Assembly (NCBI GenBank): GCA_038227875.1
Contig: JBBRPR010000093.1
Coordinates: forward strand, 1-22,730
Direction: 5' to 3'
Length of the DNA stretch: 22,730 bases
DNA from: Planctomycetota bacterium
GTDB lineage: Bacteria; Planctomycetota; SZUA-567; H5-PLA8
The position numbers and the translations under genes are program-made. Numbering within the stretch: position 1 is the first letter of the stretch; each line of letters starts with the position of its first letter. A model generated the notes under the pieces. That model had not been told where the DNA came from and made no database searches. It worked only from the letters and a program-made list of their open reading frames with translations. Below, one piece after another: positions 17,782 through 22,730 of this stretch.

Positions 17782-20739
17782 TTATTTCCCCGCCTGCCCC
17801 GGCGGGTCGACGAATACGCCGCTGACGGTGGCGTTTTCTTTTCCGGTACTGAGGAAGTGGAAGGATGCTTGTCCCTTGATCTTCCAAACCAGATACTTTC
17901 CGTTCTTGAAATCCATCACGGTCTGAGTATCGAGTACGGCATCCGACACGGCGTCACGGACCTCCACTTTCACCGCTCTTCCCAACGCATCCCAATCCAT
18001 GAAGTACACGGCCACCTGATGCTCTTTGTCGTCCGTAGTTCCGACGTCGATATCGAAGGCCGTATCGCTAAACCAGCAGGCGGCGATGCGATCCTTGGCG
18101 TCGCCGGATTTTAGCAGCGCTCGGGCCTCTTGAGTCGTATCGACCCAGGTGCAATCCCGCTGATTCCTCGGGGTGACCGCGGCACACTTGGGAATGACCG
18201 ACGCGGCGTCGTGTTGGACCACCGCGCCTTCGGACCCATAGACGCCTTTCCACCCTCCAGACGTGGTTTCATCAGTCTTCACGAATTTTGCTGTCGCATG
18301 GACGACTTCCGGCGCGGTGAAGGTCAGTGTCTCACGCCGGGGGTCTCCCTGATCGACCTGAAAACACGGATACGTCAACGTTACAGTGTCGCCGGCCTTC
18401 CACGTCTGGTCTGTGGTCAAGGTTACGCTCTCGGCAAAGACGCTGACGGTGGTGACCTTCGCTCCAGAGACATCGAAATTTGCGGCGTTGTTCCAACCGG
18501 CTGTGAGCGGACGATTGCTGGTCAGGACAATCGTTTGATCAAAGCACTTCGCGTATTTCAGAGCGCGCACCGCGTTCCAGCTAAAGCCAGGTGCCGGGAG
18601 TTCATTCTTTCCCGCGAGCGCTCCGGTGCCTGCATAGGAAATCCCGAACGGAATGGGGACATCCTTGATATCAACCACGATTGTGTCGCCCGTCATCGTC
18701 GCCTTGGCCGGTTTGGCCGCGCCCTTGGCGTCGGTGATCATAACTTCCTTCGGGTCGTTCGTCCCATCTTTCAAAACGAGTCCGCCACCGGTCTGTTTGA
18801 AGCGGAAAGCAAGCGAGTCCTTCTTCGCAGTAACGCCCTCGAGATAAATGCCATGCTCTGCCAGATCGTAGCAGGAAATCCCAAATACAGTGCGGATGAA
18901 GAGTTTGCCGTCGGCCAGCGCCATGGGTGCCCAGGGAATCATGCCGGGCGCGAAGCATCCGAGTGGCTCAAATTTTTCAGTTGTCGCCCGCAGCATCAGC
19001 ACGTCCATGGATTTATCCCCGCCCCAGAAGTAGTAAGGGAGATCACAGATAGACATCAGGATCTTGCCGTCAGCCAGAATCGAGGGCGTCAGGCGGTACC
19101 CTTCAGTCCCAAGCCAGACTTCCTGCCTGACACCTTCCGACATCACGCCTTTCAAGTCCTTGGCCGTAACATCGCAGTTCCATTTGTCTTCCCCGGTCTT
19201 CAGATCCCAGCAGTTCACTCCCTGGTTCTTCAGGTGTCGTCCTTCCCCGGGATGGGTTTCCTGAAAGAGATACCCCTGATCAATAATGCCGCCGTTCATG
19301 ACAGGCTTGCCATCCACGGTCGTCTGCACCGGCGTCACCGCCGTCGGGCTCATCCGGTAGACTGTGCCCCCGGCTGTTAAAAGATCCCCATCGCGCCGCA
19401 AGGCAAACCAGTTAGGAACCCATCCGCGGGAAAAGACTTTACACGTCCACGCTTCTTTGCCGGTCTGCAGGTCCAGACACAAGAGCGTGGAGGAACCGCC
19501 GTTCACATCCACGACATAGTCCTTGCCGTCCGCGCGCCAGAGCACTGGCGAGGTGTTGGCGTCCCGGCACTTCTTCCAGAGCGGGGTTCGCCAGAGCTCC
19601 GCGCCGGTGTCGGCGCGGTAGGCCACGCCAGCGAAATACACCACACCGCCGCACACGAGCACAGAGGCCTGCGTTGGCGGAACGCTGGCTTTCCACAGGA
19701 TGGCGCCATCCTTGGCAGACAGACAGTAGAGCCCGGTGAATCCAGAAAAATAGCAGCGGCCAGCCGCGACGGCCGGCGTACCGCATGCCCCGAGGTTTTG
19801 AAACCACATGCTGTCGTCACAGGTCCCGAACCACGCCAAGGTTCTGTCATCCATCGGAATTTCCGTTGCCCAGAGTTTCTTTCCCGTGGCAGCATCCAGA
19901 CAGGTCAGTTGATCAACACGCGTGAATGATTTTTCAAATGCGCTCTTTAGAAACTTGTCGACAATCATGTACTTAGAGAACACGGGCGTCTGCACTCCGC
20001 CCTTGACCCAGGCAGCACCCACCGGAGCGCACGACTCCAGCACGGTGGCAAACTTCTGTCCCCGCGACTGTTCCAATTCGACGAGCGCAACACGGGTCAG
20101 CCCGTTATTAGCGTTCCAGTCCAATTTTGGTCTTGCGCAGAAGCGATATCGAATATAGGCGCCATATTTAAGCGCCTCCTCCGGGGTCAAGGTGGCGATG
20201 AAATCCCGGATGAATTTGTCCAACTCCGGCGATTTGGCCAGATATTCATCCGCAGCCTTATTTCGTTCCACCTCGTTACGAATCTCCCACCAGGAAAAAC
20301 TGGCGCCTTCCGGCATCGGGTGTTCTGGGGAAAGACGAGCCGCTTCAATCCGTTTTGACAGCTCTTCCGGCAATCCCGGCAGCCATCCTGCAGAGGCCAG
20401 CGCATCTGGCGTGAAGATATCGTAAGCCGCCCCACCCCCCACAGGTTTCTTTGCCGTTGCGTAGACGAACACCTTTCCGTCTGCCACCACGGGGCCGCTG
20501 CAGCCACCCTGGGTATAACCGGGGATCAGGTCACTTTTCCAGACCAGTGCCGGTCCGTTTTTCGGCCATGAGTTCGCCAGTTTCGGGCTGTTCGCCGCCA
20601 CGCTATCCCGATTCGGCCCGCCGAACTGCGGCCAGCCCTCATCAGCCGGCTGCGCTGGGCTTTCGGCGGCAACAGATATCGACTGTAGAATCGCAAGTGC
20701 AACTAGACACATGACACCTATCTTTCTCATAGTTTCCAT
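17782..20739 (-). CDS. Secreted PQQ-binding-like beta-propeller protein (985 aa), paralog of 13512..16475 with a different C-terminal beta-sandwich-like domain
   Basis: GAGAGGAG RBS and signal peptide. GWPQFGGPNRDS and shared IPG..QGGCSGPVVADGKVFVYATAK, PWAPMALA.GKLF.R and TWKAGDTV.LTYPCF.VDQG.PR. Tail DETTSGGWKGVYG...RIAACWF...YFMDWD...GKYLVW...VSGVFVD. Confidence 0.93.
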   Translation of the reverse strand: METMRKIGVMCLVALAILQSISVAAESPAQPADEGWPQFGGPNRDSVAANSPKLANSWPKNGPALVWKSDLIPGYTQGGCSGPVVADGKVFVYATAKKPVGGGAAYDIFTPDALASAGWLPGLPEELSKRIEAARLSPEHPMPEGASFSWWEIRNEVERNKAADEYLAKSPELDKFIRDFIATLTPEEALKYGAYIRYRFCARPKLDWNANNGLTRVALVELEQSRGQKFATVLESCAPVGAAWVKGGVQTPVFSKYMIVDKFLKSAFEKSFTRVDQLTCLDAATGKKLWATEIPMDDRTLAWFGTCDDSMWFQNLGACGTPAVAAGRCYFSGFTGLYCLSAKDGAILWKASVPPTQASVLVCGGVVYFAGVAYRADTGAELWRTPLWKKCRDANTSPVLWRADGKDYVVDVNGGSSTLLCLDLQTGKEAWTCKVFSRGWVPNWFALRRDGDLLTAGGTVYRMSPTAVTPVQTTVDGKPVMNGGIIDQGYLFQETHPGEGRHLKNQGVNCWDLKTGEDKWNCDVTAKDLKGVMSEGVRQEVWLGTEGYRLTPSILADGKILMSICDLPYYFWGGDKSMDVLMLRATTEKFEPLGCFAPGMIPWAPMALADGKLFIRTVFGISCYDLAEHGIYLEGVTAKKDSLAFRFKQTGGGLVLKDGTNDPKEVMITDAKGAAKPAKATMTGDTIVVDIKDVPIPFGISYAGTGALAGKNELPAPGFSWNAVRALKYAKCFDQTIVLTSNRPLTAGWNNAANFDVSGAKVTTVSVFAESVTLTTDQTWKAGDTVTLTYPCFQVDQGDPRRETLTFTAPEVVHATAKFVKTDETTSGGWKGVYGSEGAVVQHDAASVIPKCAAVTPRNQRDCTWVDTTQEARALLKSGDAKDRIAACWFSDTAFDIDVGTTDDKEHQVAVYFMDWDALGRAVKVEVRDAVSDAVLDTQTVMDFKNGKYLVWKIKGQASFHFLSTGKENATVSGVFVDPPGQAGK

Positions 20740-20755
20740 AACAAACTCCTCTCTT

Positions 20756-20842
20756 GATGCGATCCTTGGCGTCGCCAGATTTTAGCAGCGCGCGGGACTT
20801 TTGAGTAGCATTGACACACGTGCAATCCTGTTGATTCTTCGG
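20756..20842 (-). repeat. Degenerate copy of 18085-18171 (C-terminal domain coding sequence) directly upstream of the same gene's RBS
   Basis: 75/87 identical with no gaps; weaker similarity continues to ~20860. Confidence 0.9.
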
Positions 20843-21101
20843 CTCGTGGGAATGGCCGCGCCGCACCGCATTGGATCTTCGTGGCGTTCAATGTTCTTTA
20901 CACCAAAAGTCCAACGCCCCGGCCGTTATTTCGATGCTCAAGGTTATCAATAACATGCACTTTCTTATTGGATTGTGGGCTTCGGGCTTGGCAACCGGAG
21001 CGACGGGAAATGCACATGCTTATTGCCCGCGGTCTTGGCGACTTGTAACATAAATCTTGAAACATCGCAGCGTTGATCTTGTTGGCTTCGATGTCCGCTT
21101 G

Positions 21102-21306
21102 AAATTTTATGGATTACCCACGGTCGTGGCGCTGACAATCGTGACAGGTGGCATCGTTGGCTTGAATCTCGTTCCAACCACTATTCGCGTTGGCCCACCT
21201 GGAAAGTGATGGTGTTTGCGAATTGTATGGTTGGCCGATGAACAACGTAGTGGTCAATTCATGGAAATCAATTACTACCAGGAAACGCTATTTAGAGTTC
21301 ACGTGA
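21102..21306 (+). pseudogene. Possible frameshifted remnant of a small membrane protein
   Basis: KFYGLPTVVALTIVTGGIVGLNLVP... then, in another frame, ELYGWPMNN. This resembles 'TM helix-N...YGWP' small membrane proteins as I recall them. No start codon found. Confidence 0.3.
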
Positions 21307-21362
21307 CGGACACAATGATCCTGAGATGGTATCCGTTACCGCCGCCGCAAGCCGGGCACCTT

Positions 21363-21566
21363 TCAGGCAGCCGCGCGGCGTGAACTTCGTCGATGGAACG
21401 AAGGCTTCGTGCCATAGTCGTCGCCGCTCTTGCGGCCTGGCGGCCTGGGATCGGGCTTGGGTGGGCCTTTGGAAAAAGGGGCATCGGGCGATACGGTCGC
21501 GCTGCCGTTTAGCATGGCGAAACACCGCGATGTGAAAATGAGGAGAATTAATGCAAGATGTTTCAT
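21363..21566 (-). CDS. Small protein (67 aa) with signal-like N-terminus and Pro/Arg-rich tail
   Basis: GGAG RBS; ATG overlaps the upstream TAA (TAATG). Begins MKHLALILLIFTSRCFA. Confidence 0.5.
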   Translation of the reverse strand: MKHLALILLIFTSRCFAMLNGSATVSPDAPFSKGPPKPDPRPPGRKSGDDYGTKPSFHRRSSRRAAA

Positions 21567-21760
21567 TAGTTCTCCGATCTCGGTGGCCGCGCTTTGTTGT
21601 AAGATACGACGCGCGCCTTGTTCGCCGCACGCCATACCCGATTAATTTCCCGCATGCAGAAAACACACTGGCGGCGACGACCGCCCACGCCGTTTGACGG
21701 GAATTTGGACTCACTCAACCTTTTGAAACAGCGATTACATTTCTTTCTAACGTTCGTCAT
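21566..21760 (-). CDS. Small basic CxxC-x20-CxxC zinc-finger protein (64 aa), phage-like
   Basis: GGAGGG RBS; CNRC...CVFC followed by an Arg-rich helix. Start and stop both overlap neighbouring genes. Confidence 0.65.
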   Translation of the reverse strand: MTNVRKKCNRCFKRLSESKFPSNGVGGRRRQCVFCMREINRVWRAANKARVVSYNKARPPRSEN

Positions 21761-21999
21761 TTCTCATCCCTCCGTTTCCGCAGTTTGTATCGAGCGTTAG
21801 CCTCTCGGCGAATTCGGCGAAAGCGGGGATCGAGTTTCATATCCACGTATCGCTGCTTTGCTCGTTTGTTCTCGAATTTCCGCATGCACAGAACACAAAC
21901 CGTCCTACGACCGACGCGACCGCGATAGAAATGCTCGCCGGTTTTTTATTCCCAGCATGACGTACAGGGACGGAGTTCCTCGTCGGGGATATCGGGCAT
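21757..21999 (-). pseudogene. Paralogous CxxC-x19-CxxC zinc-finger gene with one in-frame TAA
   Basis: Manual translation: MPDIPDEELRPCTSCWE*KTGEHFYRGRVGRRTVCVLCMRKFENKRAKQRY...RRDEK*. AGGA RBS; TAA at 21946-21948; terminal TGA overlaps the next ATG. Confidence 0.65.
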
Positions 22000-22321
22000 T
22001 CTAAATTCCTATGGCGGGCTAAAGAGCGGTCCGCTGTGGGCGGTGCGGAGACCGTCCCCGCCCTCGCCCGCCTACCTATTTTTGTTTTAATGTGAACACG
22101 CGCTCGTTTGAATCAATTCGTGCGACTGTCAACCTATTCACAATTCTGCTAACACCGCTGTTGTCCGCATGGGCGATGCGTTGGCCTGCTCGGCCATGGA
22201 GCGCACGCTCGGCAGCGTCTTTACGCTGCCGCAATGCACCAAACAGGGGCGTTGCAAATGCGGACGAAATCCATCTGGTCGGATAAACCTCGCTCCCTCG
22301 AAACAGTAAGGGGACCCATAA

Positions 22322-22730
22322 CAGCCCGTTGAAGAATCATCATTTGCGTTCAAGTTACGCGGCCGGTTGTTGTCGCAACCCAGGCCCGTTGCTTGACGGC
22401 GCGGAGTGGCGAGTTGTCGCAAAGGGCCATTCCCAGACACCCCCAACTTCAATAGCGCGAAAAAGAGCAAAAACGGTGGCTTTAACGGCTCGCTGATATA
22501 CGTTCGAATTTCGGCGTCTGCGTGTGTCGTCAATACTTCATTGCTGTGATAGCCCTTGTCCGTCACCACCGCTTCTACGTACGGGTTGGTTTTTTTCTCG
22601 TACCGCGGATCTTGCGCCAGTTCCTCTAAATTCTCCGTGGCCTGCGTGACCGTCTGATAGATCGTCGTGGTGTCGCCCAAATCCGCATGTTGCAACGTTA
22701 CCGCGAGCACCGCGCCCGAATCCATGTCCA
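22322..22730 (-). mobile_element. Right part of an IS1182/IS5-like element with an internally deleted transposase
   Basis: DSGAVLAVTLQHADLGDTTT...VVTDKGYHSN...IRTYISEP, then an abrupt jump to a tail ending SSTGC that runs through the terminal repeat TTCTTCAACGGGCTG (22322-22336). Confidence 0.85.

Noticed and set aside
1358..20739. Calling the propeller genes bamB or PQQ dehydrogenases
   Set aside because: Only the generic blade repeats are shared. There is no lipobox or genomic context of bamB and no recognisable quinoprotein active-site motifs.
18085..20842. Diversity-generating retroelement TR/VR pair
   Set aside because: Mismatches are not adenine-specific (5 of 12 at A in the upstream copy, coding strand) and there is no reverse transcriptase in the window. 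The 4124/13507 duplication also fails this test.
22013..22231. Hairpins at 22013-22072 and 22210-22231 as terminator or ncRNA
   Set aside because: The stems are real, but there is no supported upstream + strand gene and no recognisable RNA family. The nearby minus-strand TTGACA lacks a good -10.

Overview
Accessory, mobile-element-scarred region of a moderately GC-rich bacterium. The 'DWPqxRGP...GKLylR...CYDL' propeller proteins suggest the Planctomycetota/PVC group (inference). The left edge is the end of an IS (IS256-like) inserted into a beta-helix/choice-of-anchor-Q-type gene; the right edge is an internally deleted IS1182/IS5-like transposase. Two ~100-bp MITEs with matching termini lie inside. 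Main content: (i) three large secreted PQQ/BamB-like beta-propeller proteins with different accessory domains, plus two partial copies of their 3' modules and a divergent AraC regulator; (ii) a three-gene cluster in which a fused SecDF that appears to lack the P1-head domain is flanked by two paralogous small exported helical proteins; (iii) an all-cytoplasmic signalling cluster (sigma54 activator, Zn-ribbon-receiver, histidine kinase, CheY-like receiver) preceded by a small coupled ORF and a periodic GGCGAT array; (iv) a phage-like cluster of tiny coupled genes. The headless SecDF module is my best candidate for an undescribed system. All family calls come from motif recognition by eye; no searches were run.
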